DNA from: Candidatus Nanoarchaeia archaeon
Lineage (GTDB): Archaea > Nanobdellota > Nanobdellia > Woesearchaeales > GW2011-AR9
Length of the DNA stretch: 64,000 bases
Direction: 5' to 3'
Assembly: GCA_035291085.1 (NCBI GenBank)
Contig: DATDTA010000145.1
Location: 193 to 64,192 of the forward strand
Under the pieces are notes generated by a model that worked only from the letters and a program-made list of their open reading frames with translations, was not told the DNA's origin and did no database searches. How positions within the stretch are numbered: position 1 is the stretch's first letter; each line of letters begins with the position of its first letter. The translations under genes were made by a program, and so were the position numbers. This document shows, in pieces, positions 1-9,214 of the stretch.

Positions 1-918
1 TAATCGAGGTTTTTGTTCTTGATACATCCTTAGCCCACCACGGCAGATCGCCATCAACGGGTAAGCAGGACCCAAACCTCTATCAAGAGTTATACCTCCA
101 TCTCTAACAGCTTCTCCCACAGTTTCCTCAAGACCTGCAAAATTATCTTCAAGAAAGACGATCGGATGATGATCTCCAACATCAAGATTAGGAAACCCTG
201 CTGTAGTCACTGCTTTTTTTGCTGCTCTTCGGGCTTGACTTTTATCATTTGTTTCTTCAAAGATGCGATCATGCGCTTGAGAATAGATTGCATACGAAGT
301 ATCATAAATTACCTGCACCTGTGCAGCATCAAGCTTACTTTGGGCTAAGAATACTAAATTAATTCCCTGCGTAAATTCTGGATCAGTTTGATATCCTAAT
401 AGTCTTACATCTTCAAAATGATCAGCAGTAAGACCTATCTCTTCTGATGCTTCCGCGTACAATTGTTGAAATAAAGGATTGCCGGTTGCTCCTTCAGCCG
501 GAGCAGCTGCATAACCTAAAGGCATAAGGCTTACTTTTTCATTTTGTACAAAGCCCTGACGGACACCCACTAATATTCTTTCATCAGAGGTTCGCACAAT
601 TCCTTGTACTGTTAATGGTTTTAATCCTGATAAACCATGATCGCGAACCATCTGTGCATAATAACTCGTCGTAACACATAATTGAGCATCTGAGAAATCA
701 ATTTCCGCGGTATTTGAAGGAACCGCAAGAATATCTTCTTTCCACGGTTTGAGTTTAACTTTAGATTCATACAGTTCTATGTGTCTTTCCCATAAAGCTT
801 TCATTCCATCAGAACTGGGAATGAGTAGATGTACTTGGTCAGCACTCAAGGGCTGATCTAAAGCATACACTAATTGCGTTTTATCGTCACGTGTTTTCAA
901 TCCTATTTTTTGTACCAT
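1..918 (-). CDS. Partial CDS; 5' end in window and 3' end beyond position 1. Hypothetical protein, possibly a degenerate Nudix-like fold.
   Basis: My own translation of the minus strand gives an uninterrupted ORF of more than 300 codons. It starts at ATG 916-918 (MVQKIGLKTRDDKTQLVYALDQ...) and is preceded by a strong SD-like AGGTGGAG about 8 nt upstream. No stop codon occurs before the window edge. The segment ...PAEGATGNPLFQQLYAEASEEIGL weakly resembles a Nudix box. It is absent from the ORF track only because it runs off the edge. Confidence 0.5.
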   Translation of the reverse strand, partial: MVQKIGLKTRDDKTQLVYALDQPLSADQVHLLIPSSDGMKALWERHIELYESKVKLKPWKEDILAVPSNTAEIDFSDAQLCVTTSYYAQMVRDHGLSGLKPLTVQGIVRTSDERILVGVRQGFVQNEKVSLMPLGYAAAPAEGATGNPLFQQLYAEASEEIGLTADHFEDVRLLGYQTDPEFTQGINLVFLAQSKLDAAQVQVIYDTSYAIYSQAHDRIFEETNDKSQARRAAKKAVTTAGFPNLDVGDHHPIVFLEDNFAGLEETVGEAVRDGGITLDRGLGPAYPLMAICRGGLRMYQEQKPRL

Positions 919-983
919 GGTTTTCACTCCACCTAAAGAGGTTATAAAGATTATGATTTCTTATTCTACGTTATCCTGTGCTA

Positions 984-3239
984 TTATTCCTTGGTTACAA
1001 ACACTTCCTCGCCTTTCTGAAGAGCATCAATAATAAGTTGCGAGATCTCGGGACGCATAAACCAGTCGGGAGGAGCCTTACCCTCCTCAAATAGTTTTCG
1101 TGCTTCCGTACCGCTTATAGATAGTCTTGGTTCGGCAGGATCGAAAAAAGCATCTTCTTGCTGATGGCGCTGCTGTTTCTGTGAGTAAAGGACATTCTCG
1201 AACCTGACTGCTTTGATTCCTATTTCCGGAAAACGATCGAATATAGTCTGTGATGCTTTGGGGTGATAGAAACTTCCTACGCCAGTATGGTCTCTTCCTA
1301 CAATAAAATGGCTACAGCCAAAATTCTTTCTGCAGAGAGCAGTAAATAACGCTTCTCTCGGTCCAGCATAGCGAGAATAGGTACAGAACGTTCCAAAGAT
1401 AACTTTATTTTTAGGATAAAATTGTCTAATCATGATATCATACGCTTTAATGATCAATGATGCTTTAAAATCGCCAAGCTTTTTTTTACCAACAATAGGA
1501 TGTACTAAAAGACCATCACAATTCTCTAATTCCATCGCTTTAAGCTGTATAAACTCATGGCTACGGTGAATAACATTTCTGGTATGAAAGCCAACTACCT
1601 TCGCCCAGCCGCGGTCTTCGAATAATTTTCTGGTTTGCTGCGGAGTTAATTCATATTCCTTATGTTCCGAGTTTCTTCTTTTGATTAGATCTACTTTTCC
1701 AGCCAGTAAAACTGGTTGCATAGCTTTAACCATTCTCACCCCGGGATGTTTTTCATCTTCCGCACCATACATTTTCTGCATCATCTCGGTTTTATCAAAA
1801 GTATATTTCTCTTCAAGATGAAGAATCGCCATTATCTCGCCTTGTTGATTTAGCAGCGCTACATCTTGACCAATTGCAAGACGATCTGCCTCGTTCTGTG
1901 CTACATCTAGAATGATGGGTATCGGCCAGATCAGTCCATTGCTCAGCAACATATTATCTAAAACACCTTCAAAATCATTTTTGGTCATAAATCCTTCAAT
2001 GGGACTATATGTCCCCAGAGCAATTTGTTCGGCATCCATCTCTTGGGTTTCTGTAATCCTGATTTTCGGCAAGCTGTGCAGATACTCTGCCGGAAGAGGC
2101 GTTCTAACTACTCTGTTGACCAGCTTCCCGCCATGTGGGGTGATTAAAGAAGAGGAAATACCCGCATCAAGAAGATAATTTGCCTGTTCTAGATTTTGCA
2201 CAAATTTGTCTTCTTTGTCCTTAAAATCTTCAACATTTATTGCTAACTGTGAATGTTGGATTAATTTGTTGAGCATATTAATGCATTCCATGGGATATTT
2301 GCCAATCGCTGTTTCTGCAGCAAGAGTTAAGCCGCAAGCGCCATCCACTATAGTATTGAGAATATCATGGATTTCTGCACGAGTGGGCTTGCGCTTTTCA
2401 ATCATGGTTTCCAGCAGATTAGTAGCTACAAAAACTCCTTTTCCTTTCTTTCTCGCTTTGTTGATGATAATCTTTTGAGTAAAAGGAATTTTTTCTAGCG
2501 GAATTTCTTTGCTTAGGTCGCCGCGATCAACAAGTAAAAAGTCTGATTTCTTGATGATCTGATCAAGATTCTCCAAGGCATCAACACACTCTATCTTGGA
2601 AATGATCCGCATCGTATTTTGAGTTGCTCGTCTCACTTCATCAACAGCTGCGCCGGAACGCATAAATGAAGCAGCAATAAATCCTATTCCTTCTTGCAAT
2701 CCTATTTGAATACATTCATAATCCTTTTCTGATAAAGTGGGAAGAATAAATTTCTTTTGACTGGCAGAATCAACCGATACTGCTTTATTTCTGCCCAGAA
2801 CTCCAGAGGTGATAGCGCGAGCAGTGATATAACCCTGTTGTGCAGTGGAAACATCTGAGACGCGTAAGGTTAACGTATCAAAATCAACATAGATTAGATC
2901 TCCCGGTTCAAGCTGCTGCACGATATGTCCTGGCTTAAGACAAATTTTATCCTGGCTGCCCACAATAGTATCAGCATACACTTTTATTTCTTGGTTCTCC
3001 TCAAAAGCAATGCTGTTTTTGTCTAACTCACCAGTTCTGATCTGAGACCCTTCCGTATCGATGATGAAAGGAATGCCTACTTTTTTAGCCATCTGAATAA
3101 CATCCTTAAGATAATCCAAACTAGAATGAGACATATTTACCCTAACAAAATCCACCCCTTTATCCTTAATCTTCCGCAGCGATTCTTCATCACAGGTAGA
3201 AGGACCGATAGTAACGATTATTTTCACTTTTTTTTCCAC
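984..3239 (-). CDS. Bifunctional fusion: N-terminal pyruvate kinase barrel domain (about aa 1-345) joined to C-terminal sulfate adenylyltransferase (ATP sulfurylase, about aa 350-751).
   Basis: Pyruvate kinase motifs: IIVTIGPST, FVRVNMSHSS, FIIDTEGSQIRTG, LVDRGDLSKEIPLEKIPFTQKIIINKARKKGKGVFVATNLLETM. ATP-sulfurylase motifs: VVGFHTRNVIHRSHEFI (QTRN/HxxH type) and GCSHFIVGRDHTGVG (GRDHAG type). Confidence 0.8.
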   Translation of the reverse strand: MEKKVKIIVTIGPSTCDEESLRKIKDKGVDFVRVNMSHSSLDYLKDVIQMAKKVGIPFIIDTEGSQIRTGELDKNSIAFEENQEIKVYADTIVGSQDKICLKPGHIVQQLEPGDLIYVDFDTLTLRVSDVSTAQQGYITARAITSGVLGRNKAVSVDSASQKKFILPTLSEKDYECIQIGLQEGIGFIAASFMRSGAAVDEVRRATQNTMRIISKIECVDALENLDQIIKKSDFLLVDRGDLSKEIPLEKIPFTQKIIINKARKKGKGVFVATNLLETMIEKRKPTRAEIHDILNTIVDGACGLTLAAETAIGKYPMECINMLNKLIQHSQLAINVEDFKDKEDKFVQNLEQANYLLDAGISSSLITPHGGKLVNRVVRTPLPAEYLHSLPKIRITETQEMDAEQIALGTYSPIEGFMTKNDFEGVLDNMLLSNGLIWPIPIILDVAQNEADRLAIGQDVALLNQQGEIMAILHLEEKYTFDKTEMMQKMYGAEDEKHPGVRMVKAMQPVLLAGKVDLIKRRNSEHKEYELTPQQTRKLFEDRGWAKVVGFHTRNVIHRSHEFIQLKAMELENCDGLLVHPIVGKKKLGDFKASLIIKAYDIMIRQFYPKNKVIFGTFCTYSRYAGPREALFTALCRKNFGCSHFIVGRDHTGVGSFYHPKASQTIFDRFPEIGIKAVRFENVLYSQKQQRHQQEDAFFDPAEPRLSISGTEARKLFEEGKAPPDWFMRPEISQLIIDALQKGEEVFVTKE

Positions 3240-3310
3240 TTCTTTGACACCTCTAACAAAATATTCAAAGAAAAATTCCTTTAAAAGTCTTATGAAAGCT
3301 AATCATGCAA

Positions 3311-4099
3311 CTAGAGATGTATAAAGCGTTGTAAAGTTCCTTCATCCAGCCATCGGGTATACTTCTCATAATCTTCAACCGTATCAAATTCTAACCAGCC
3401 ACGATTAATGACTATCGGCTTCACTTCTTGTCCAGTATTGATCAGCGCCTGCAGCATGCAAGTCATGTATGCTTTCTTGAACGATTTGGATCTCAACCAT
3501 GGTTCATCTTTGTCAAAGCATTGCTGTTTATGATAGTGATAGACTTCCTTCAGTTTTTGCACTCCTTTTTTAGAAAATTTGATCAGGCCAACATATCTAA
3601 GCTGAGCCTTATCCCGAGCGCATTTTGTATCTCCTAACTCCACGATCTTCCCATCCTTGACTACCAAACTTTCCATGTCCTCTTCTGGCTTATCAGTTCG
3701 CGCGCACCAGTATTCCCAGTAATCTTGATCGACAGTAACTCCTACTTCTACTGGCGCATCAATAATAACCTGAAGAACTTTTGGCTCATAGATAACATCC
3801 GCATAGCAGACGAGAACATCTTCTTTTCCATCTAATTCTTTTTCAGCACAGAATAATGTCTCTACCATATTAGTGTTGGCAAAATCTGGATTACGATAAT
3901 ACTTCACTCCTTCAAGAGCTATCTTCTCCGGCTGATATCCTCGCACAATAGAGATGTCAGTAATTCCTGCCCTGCGTAATGTATCAACTTGCCGTTCAAT
4001 TAATGATTTTCCAGCAAAATTAAGCATGCATTTCGGAAGATTTTCGGTATACTTTCCTAATCGTGTTCCCATTCCGGCTGCAAGAATGATGGCTTTCAT
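3311..4099 (-). CDS. LicC-like phospho-alcohol/phosphonate cytidylyltransferase (sugar-phosphate nucleotidyltransferase fold).
   Basis: The N-terminus MKAIILAAGMGTRLGKYTENLPKCML... matches the G-x-G-T-R-L signature and the overall pattern of LicC-type CTP:phosphocholine (or 2-aminoethylphosphonate) cytidylyltransferases. Length is 262 aa. Confidence 0.65.
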   Translation of the reverse strand: MKAIILAAGMGTRLGKYTENLPKCMLNFAGKSLIERQVDTLRRAGITDISIVRGYQPEKIALEGVKYYRNPDFANTNMVETLFCAEKELDGKEDVLVCYADVIYEPKVLQVIIDAPVEVGVTVDQDYWEYWCARTDKPEEDMESLVVKDGKIVELGDTKCARDKAQLRYVGLIKFSKKGVQKLKEVYHYHKQQCFDKDEPWLRSKSFKKAYMTCMLQALINTGQEVKPIVINRGWLEFDTVEDYEKYTRWLDEGTLQRFIHL

Positions 4100-4184
4100 G
4101 CTATCTTGGATTGAGAATTTGATTTAAAATGTTATGTTTTTAGTTACGTAACCTTTATAAAATAACTATTGAAGTGATTATTTC

Positions 4185-5045
4185 ATGTATCTTCATCTTA
4201 TCAGGCATGGACCTAAGAACAATGACCCAAATGTTCATGGAACAGGAGTCGAAGCGCTGTTGGATCCTTCGCAATTGCATAAAATCGTTAATTATGGGAA
4301 ATATCTCCAGCAGAGAGCGGGACAAAGTAGATCTCAGCGAATTATTCTTGAAACTACTCCAGTAGAACGGGCAAAAGCAACAGCTGAAGTCTTGTATAGA
4401 ACTATGATTATACAACTTGAACCGGCTTTTAGTTATGTTAAGCCATCAGTAAATCCTTTAATTGGTTCTTATGCTTACGATGAACAAGGTAAGGCTGTAA
4501 ATTTAGGACCTCAAGCTATGTCCAAATTATGGGCAGAAGCTAAGAAATCAGAACATTGTAATCAATTCCAAGGAGAACACCAACCATTATACGCTTGGTG
4601 TGAGCAAGGATTTGATAATAAGCAAGCAAACAATCCTGCGGATCCTGGTATTTCACTGCGAGAAATATCCTGCAGAATAGGAACATATGTTTATCAGACT
4701 TTGCAAGAGAAAGAGAACCGCGACTTTATTACTGCAATCGGTCATTCGGGGGATATCGAACCGTTTCTATATCTATGCTTGGAAATGCTTGAGGGAAGAG
4801 ATGGAAGTAACCACGATGCATTAACTAGACATTTCAAAAAAACAAGGGGAGCTTTAGAACCATTAACTGGTATCGGCATTGCTTATGATCATTCAGACTT
4901 GTACCTTAGTCATCCATCGGAAAATTCCAGCAAGATGTTTAGAAAAAAAATAGGTATCGAATTATTCCAAGAGCAAGATAATTGGCTTAAAGAAAACGGA
5001 AGAAGTCAGCAAGTTCTTGAAAAGAAAATAGCTGGAGAGAAATAA
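4185..5045 (+). CDS. Histidine phosphatase superfamily protein (phosphoglycerate-mutase-like).
   Basis: N-terminal LIRHGPK (RHG catalytic motif) and a later GHSGDIEPF histidine motif. Confidence 0.55.
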   Translation: MYLHLIRHGPKNNDPNVHGTGVEALLDPSQLHKIVNYGKYLQQRAGQSRSQRIILETTPVERAKATAEVLYRTMIIQLEPAFSYVKPSVNPLIGSYAYDEQGKAVNLGPQAMSKLWAEAKKSEHCNQFQGEHQPLYAWCEQGFDNKQANNPADPGISLREISCRIGTYVYQTLQEKENRDFITAIGHSGDIEPFLYLCLEMLEGRDGSNHDALTRHFKKTRGALEPLTGIGIAYDHSDLYLSHPSENSSKMFRKKIGIELFQEQDNWLKENGRSQQVLEKKIAGEK

Positions 5046-5046
5046 A

Positions 5047-5487
5047 ATGAGTGATTGCGGATTATGTTCTGCTTACAATGAAGATTATAGGGTAGTTTTT
5101 AAGAATGAGAAAGCAGTTTCTTTGGTTATTGCTAACCCCTTTAACGACGGTCACTTGATGGTCCTTCCACGAAGGCACGTCATGACTTTGGATAACTTAA
5201 CCGCAGAGGAGTCAAAAGCACTGCATGAAATACTCTATGAAAGCCAAGAAAGGTTACTGGACGTATTTCCTGATTATCCTCCAGTATTGGGGATGCAAAC
5301 CGGGCGTCATTCTACGCAGCCGCACATTCATTACCAAATGTTTCCTAGTGATGCGCATCTTAGATTATTGTACGGAGCTGCTCATCCAACTGGGAGTTTA
5401 GAAGCAATAAAAGTTCCTCGGACGATTACTCATCCGGAGTATACTACTGAAAAATTGGAAGAAATTGCCAGACGCTTACGCGTCTAA
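5047..5487 (+). CDS. HIT (histidine triad) family nucleotide hydrolase/transferase.
   Basis: Cys-rich N-terminus (CGLCSAY), ...NDGHLMVLPRRH... and a C-terminal QPHIHYQMF histidine-triad-like motif. The start is 1 nt after the stop of the upstream phosphatase gene, which suggests translational coupling. Confidence 0.5.
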   Translation: MSDCGLCSAYNEDYRVVFKNEKAVSLVIANPFNDGHLMVLPRRHVMTLDNLTAEESKALHEILYESQERLLDVFPDYPPVLGMQTGRHSTQPHIHYQMFPSDAHLRLLYGAAHPTGSLEAIKVPRTITHPEYTTEKLEEIARRLRV

Positions 5488-5509
5488 ATTAAAATTTTTC
5501 TCTTTATAT

Positions 5510-6190
5510 TCACTTCTTCCACCATCCTTCTCCTTGTACAAACATCCTAACTAACTTCTCATTAAACACCATATCCGGACTTCTCCTCTCTGGATGCCAC
5601 TGTATTCCCACTAGAGGAAGAGAAGGGTGATAGAAACCTTCCACAATTCCCTCATCACTAACCGCAAACATACGCAGTTGAGGAGAAAGTTCCTTCTGAG
5701 TAAGCCCTTGATTGTGAAATGAGTTAACCATTACTTTACTCCCTAGAACATCTTGATCTGTAACTATATTCAGAGAATGATCTTTTCCTGACGGATGAGC
5801 GCCTTCACCTAAAACATCCTTTAGAACAACCAATTTCCCACCAAAATACACGTTCAAAAACTGCATTCCACGACAGATTCCTAAAAGCGGTATCTTCTTT
5901 TCCAAAGCTAATTCGATCATCCTCTTCTCAGTTGCGTCCCGTTCTGGAGCGATGGAGCTGTTCTCACTACGCTTCCCCCCATACAGCAGCGGATCAACAT
6001 CATTTCCTCCACTTAAAATAACCCGTTCAATCGGAAAATGTTTGAAATAATAATCAACATCTCCGCCATTAGGAATTAACAATAATTTCAACCCGAAAGT
6101 CTCAAAATAGTGTAAATATGCTTGCTCCAGTACACCAATAACATCGCCATGCTTGTTCTTTTCCTGCCGTATCGAAATAGTGCATAACAT
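5510..6190 (-). CDS. Class I glutamine amidotransferase-like / peptidase C26 (gamma-glutamyl hydrolase-like).
   Basis: LLGICRGMQFLNVYFGG (nucleophile Cys elbow) and IQWHPE (His-Glu of the triad). Confidence 0.7.
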   Translation of the reverse strand: MLCTISIRQEKNKHGDVIGVLEQAYLHYFETFGLKLLLIPNGGDVDYYFKHFPIERVILSGGNDVDPLLYGGKRSENSSIAPERDATEKRMIELALEKKIPLLGICRGMQFLNVYFGGKLVVLKDVLGEGAHPSGKDHSLNIVTDQDVLGSKVMVNSFHNQGLTQKELSPQLRMFAVSDEGIVEGFYHPSLPLVGIQWHPERRSPDMVFNEKLVRMFVQGEGWWKK

Positions 6191-6196
6191 TTTTTA

Positions 6197-9115
6197 TTAC
6201 CTCGGGATTATTTTTTGCGCTTTGCAGTCTAAAATGACCTGCTGCGCATTTTTAACCTGATTAAAAATCAAATCGCCGCAGCCGATAGCCGCTGGAATGC
6301 CAAATTCTGCGCATCTGATCGACATATGCGAAGCTACCCCACCATATTTAGTGATTAATCCTGCCGGATTTCGAGTAAATATCCAATCATAACCCGGATC
6401 ACCGTTTTCCAAAACTACTATGCAACCTTCCAAATTCGGAACAACCTTGTCCTGCAATTCAGTAATATTAACGATACTGCTTTCTATTTTCTTTTGTGTG
6501 ATAAAATTTGGTTTAGCCTGATAATGCTGAACAATTTCAAAATCTTGTTCAGAAAAAATAAGCGAGGGCAAAACCAGTTTGTCATTGATTGCTCTCTCTC
6601 GTTCTTGGATTTTAATTAATTTCTTCCAATCTTCCGAAACATTCTGGACATCAGTGGAAGAATTATTGATCTGGAAGATCTCATTAACATCAAGCATAGC
6701 TATTTCCTTCCTGGTAAAACCCATTGCTTCTCCGGCCTTAGCTAGTAATTCTAAAGCATCGCTTAAATTCTTAGTAAATTCAAATTTTGACAACTCTCTG
6801 GCTTGAGTAGCTTTTTCCACAAAGGCAAGAAATTGCGGCCCACCGCATTGCAATCCTTCTTGCTGTAGGGCAGCCGTTATCCGTTGGGTGATTTCATCAT
6901 TCAAATAAGAAATCTCTTTCTTCTCTTCATCTATGGGTAATGAAGTAGAAGCAAGTAAATGAGCAGCTGCATCATAGCGAGGACTAGTGATATCGTATGT
7001 TCCCGGGCGAAGATGATAATATTCTTGAATAAAATCCTGCTTAGAAATAACTCCTTTCATCAGTTTCTTGAAATCCTTACTAATGGTGGTAGCTACGGTG
7101 TTGATAGATTGATATTTTGCACCATAGAATTGTTGAGTGATAATACCTCGCTCAACTAAACTCTTTAAAATTATTTTTCCAATAAATCCTAACCGGGCTA
7201 ACCTCGAAAATTGCACCGTTCCTTTTTTCCGGCATTCATCCAGGAGAGTTTTACTGTACCCGATCAATTTTTGTGGATCACTTTCAGAAGCTATTTTTTG
7301 AGATGAAGATTTTCTTATTTCCTCCATGCTGAAAACAGTTTGCAGGTCAGTTTCAACCGTTTCCACGGAATTAGTGATGAGGTTATTAGTCAATTCCAGC
7401 AATGCTTCTTTTAACTCGGCAATCTCTTTAACAGTAAAGCCGGCTTCCAACAATTCACTAGACCGTTGATCAAAAGTAAGATCGTAGCAGGTATAAAGAA
7501 CTTCAAATTCCACTTTGTCCTGAAGATACGGATTTTTCCTGATTTTTTCCAAATAAAAAGAAGTCAATTTCTCTCGTAATTGGGCAGAGATTGCTGCCGG
7601 AGTAAAAGAATTAAAGGTATTACGTATATTTACGTAGGGCTTATTACCGAATAATTCGATCAGCTTTGCTGGTTGAACATTGTAATATCCTTGAGAAGTT
7701 CTTGCCTCATGCCAGGCACTATTGGTAATAAGATAATCATACAAAGAATAATCTAGAAAATTAGGGTTGTCTCCGATAATTTCCGCAGGGTTCCAATCAG
7801 GCATATCTCCAAAATAAGTAGTTTCCCCGCAAAGGTGGGGCTGCGGCTGGGCCAGAGTCTGGAATCTATCTTTTAGACAAATTATTTTTCTTTTTACTTC
7901 TTCATCATGTTTCTCCTTGTAGCGATTAGCAGCTAAAGGCCTGACCTGAAAAATGACTATTGACTTATCCTTTCGCATCGCAAATTCAATATCTAGGGGC
8001 ATTCCTGGAATGATCTCTTCGATCTCTTGCACTGCCTCCAGAAGAGTACCCATTTTTTCCGGTACTTTTTCGGCAAACCTACTTATCACTATTGATTTAT
8101 TTTCTCTTCCTGCAGTTACCGAATCAGTGCTTCCGGTAGTATCGTCATAGTTGATCACATAGTAAGAGCTGTTCTTTCCTAAAGTCCTGGTGAAAACCAC
8201 TCCGCTCATCACAATATCGGTAGTTTGCTGTTGCACCAGCATCTGGTTGAACGATGTTTCCGCATCCTTCTCTTTGTAAGAAAGCAATACTTTTGTAATA
8301 GCCATTTCAACATCTTTGGTATCGCCAGAGTTGACGTCAAGGACACTTTCAAAACATCCGGCCATGGAATGTTCTAAAGTATCTTCTTTCACCGCTGAGC
8401 TACGTACTACTATTTTTCCCGGAGAGAACTGCTCTTGGATTGCTGCTAGCACTTGCTGTTTTTGATTCTTCCAGTCAGAGATGGTAAAGCTATACAAAGG
8501 TTCAATAACTGACTTAGTAAGCAGAGGCTGCAAGGCTTTCAACGTATCTGCTTTAGAAGAGATGATGACTTTATTCCCTTTTTGCGCTTCTGCATCAAAG
8601 GTTCCTTTGTCTTTGATGTACGAGGTAAAATCAGCAATATCTTTGAATTTATCTTTATTGTCAATTAAATAATTGATTATCTTAAAATTAGAAAGCCGGC
8701 TGTAATAGGGGTGTTTTACAACTTGACCACCGATACTTCGTACATACTCTTCTCCAGGAACATAGTTAAGATCTTCGCCGTGCACTAAGATGATCTCCGC
8801 CTCGGGAAATTCTTCGTGTATCTTTTTTAAATTAGTGGTGCAATCTCTCTGATCCTGAATCATGACCCGGTCAACACAGCGTAAACTATCTACTATCGCC
8901 CTCCTTTCTTCAAGAGTTGAGATTGGTTTAACTCGGTATTCTTCGACCGCCTTATCAGTAATGACGCCGCAGATATTGTAATCAGATATAGATTTAGAGA
9001 ACTCTATGGAACGCAGATGCCCATAATGGAAAAAATCGCAGACTACGCCCAAGTATGCAATTCTTTTAGGCTTATTTTTTGTCTCTCGCTGAACCACCAT
9101 TTTACAAAACACCAA
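6197..9115 (-). CDS. Fusion: N-terminal cytidylyltransferase (TagD/ECT-like, HxGH) joined to a PPDK/PEP-synthase-type ATP-grasp nucleotide-binding domain and a C-terminal PEP-utilizing-enzyme mobile (phosphohistidine swivel) domain.
   Basis: N-terminus RIAYLGVVCDFFHYGHLRSIEF (HxGH cytidylyltransferase motif). The middle region resembles the PPDK N-terminal ATP-grasp fold. The C-terminus has GGVASHMSIRCAEFGIPAAIGCG (PEP-utilizers mobile His domain). The domain order ATP-grasp ... His-swivel matches rifampin phosphotransferase / PEP-synthase-like kinases. Confidence 0.75.
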   Translation of the reverse strand: MVFCKMVVQRETKNKPKRIAYLGVVCDFFHYGHLRSIEFSKSISDYNICGVITDKAVEEYRVKPISTLEERRAIVDSLRCVDRVMIQDQRDCTTNLKKIHEEFPEAEIILVHGEDLNYVPGEEYVRSIGGQVVKHPYYSRLSNFKIINYLIDNKDKFKDIADFTSYIKDKGTFDAEAQKGNKVIISSKADTLKALQPLLTKSVIEPLYSFTISDWKNQKQQVLAAIQEQFSPGKIVVRSSAVKEDTLEHSMAGCFESVLDVNSGDTKDVEMAITKVLLSYKEKDAETSFNQMLVQQQTTDIVMSGVVFTRTLGKNSSYYVINYDDTTGSTDSVTAGRENKSIVISRFAEKVPEKMGTLLEAVQEIEEIIPGMPLDIEFAMRKDKSIVIFQVRPLAANRYKEKHDEEVKRKIICLKDRFQTLAQPQPHLCGETTYFGDMPDWNPAEIIGDNPNFLDYSLYDYLITNSAWHEARTSQGYYNVQPAKLIELFGNKPYVNIRNTFNSFTPAAISAQLREKLTSFYLEKIRKNPYLQDKVEFEVLYTCYDLTFDQRSSELLEAGFTVKEIAELKEALLELTNNLITNSVETVETDLQTVFSMEEIRKSSSQKIASESDPQKLIGYSKTLLDECRKKGTVQFSRLARLGFIGKIILKSLVERGIITQQFYGAKYQSINTVATTISKDFKKLMKGVISKQDFIQEYYHLRPGTYDITSPRYDAAAHLLASTSLPIDEEKKEISYLNDEITQRITAALQQEGLQCGGPQFLAFVEKATQARELSKFEFTKNLSDALELLAKAGEAMGFTRKEIAMLDVNEIFQINNSSTDVQNVSEDWKKLIKIQERERAINDKLVLPSLIFSEQDFEIVQHYQAKPNFITQKKIESSIVNITELQDKVVPNLEGCIVVLENGDPGYDWIFTRNPAGLITKYGGVASHMSIRCAEFGIPAAIGCGDLIFNQVKNAQQVILDCKAQKIIPR

Positions 9116-9214
9116 ACGTGAAAGGAATGAAACCGTATTTAAAGGTGATGAAAAGAGGTTCTTTTAGGAAGTGGAACAAAACAAATTAAAAAAGTAGAAA
9201 AAATAAAACCGTAG

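Noticed and set aside
166-348. 60-aa plus-strand ORF from the track.
   Set aside because: It lies entirely inside a much longer, well-supported minus-strand coding frame (1..918) with an SD-like site. It is likely spurious.
1912-2478. Two plus-strand ORFs (88 and 90 aa) inside the PK/ATP-sulfurylase gene.
   Set aside because: They are antisense to a gene with unambiguous conserved motifs across this region and have no motifs of their own. They are shadow ORFs.
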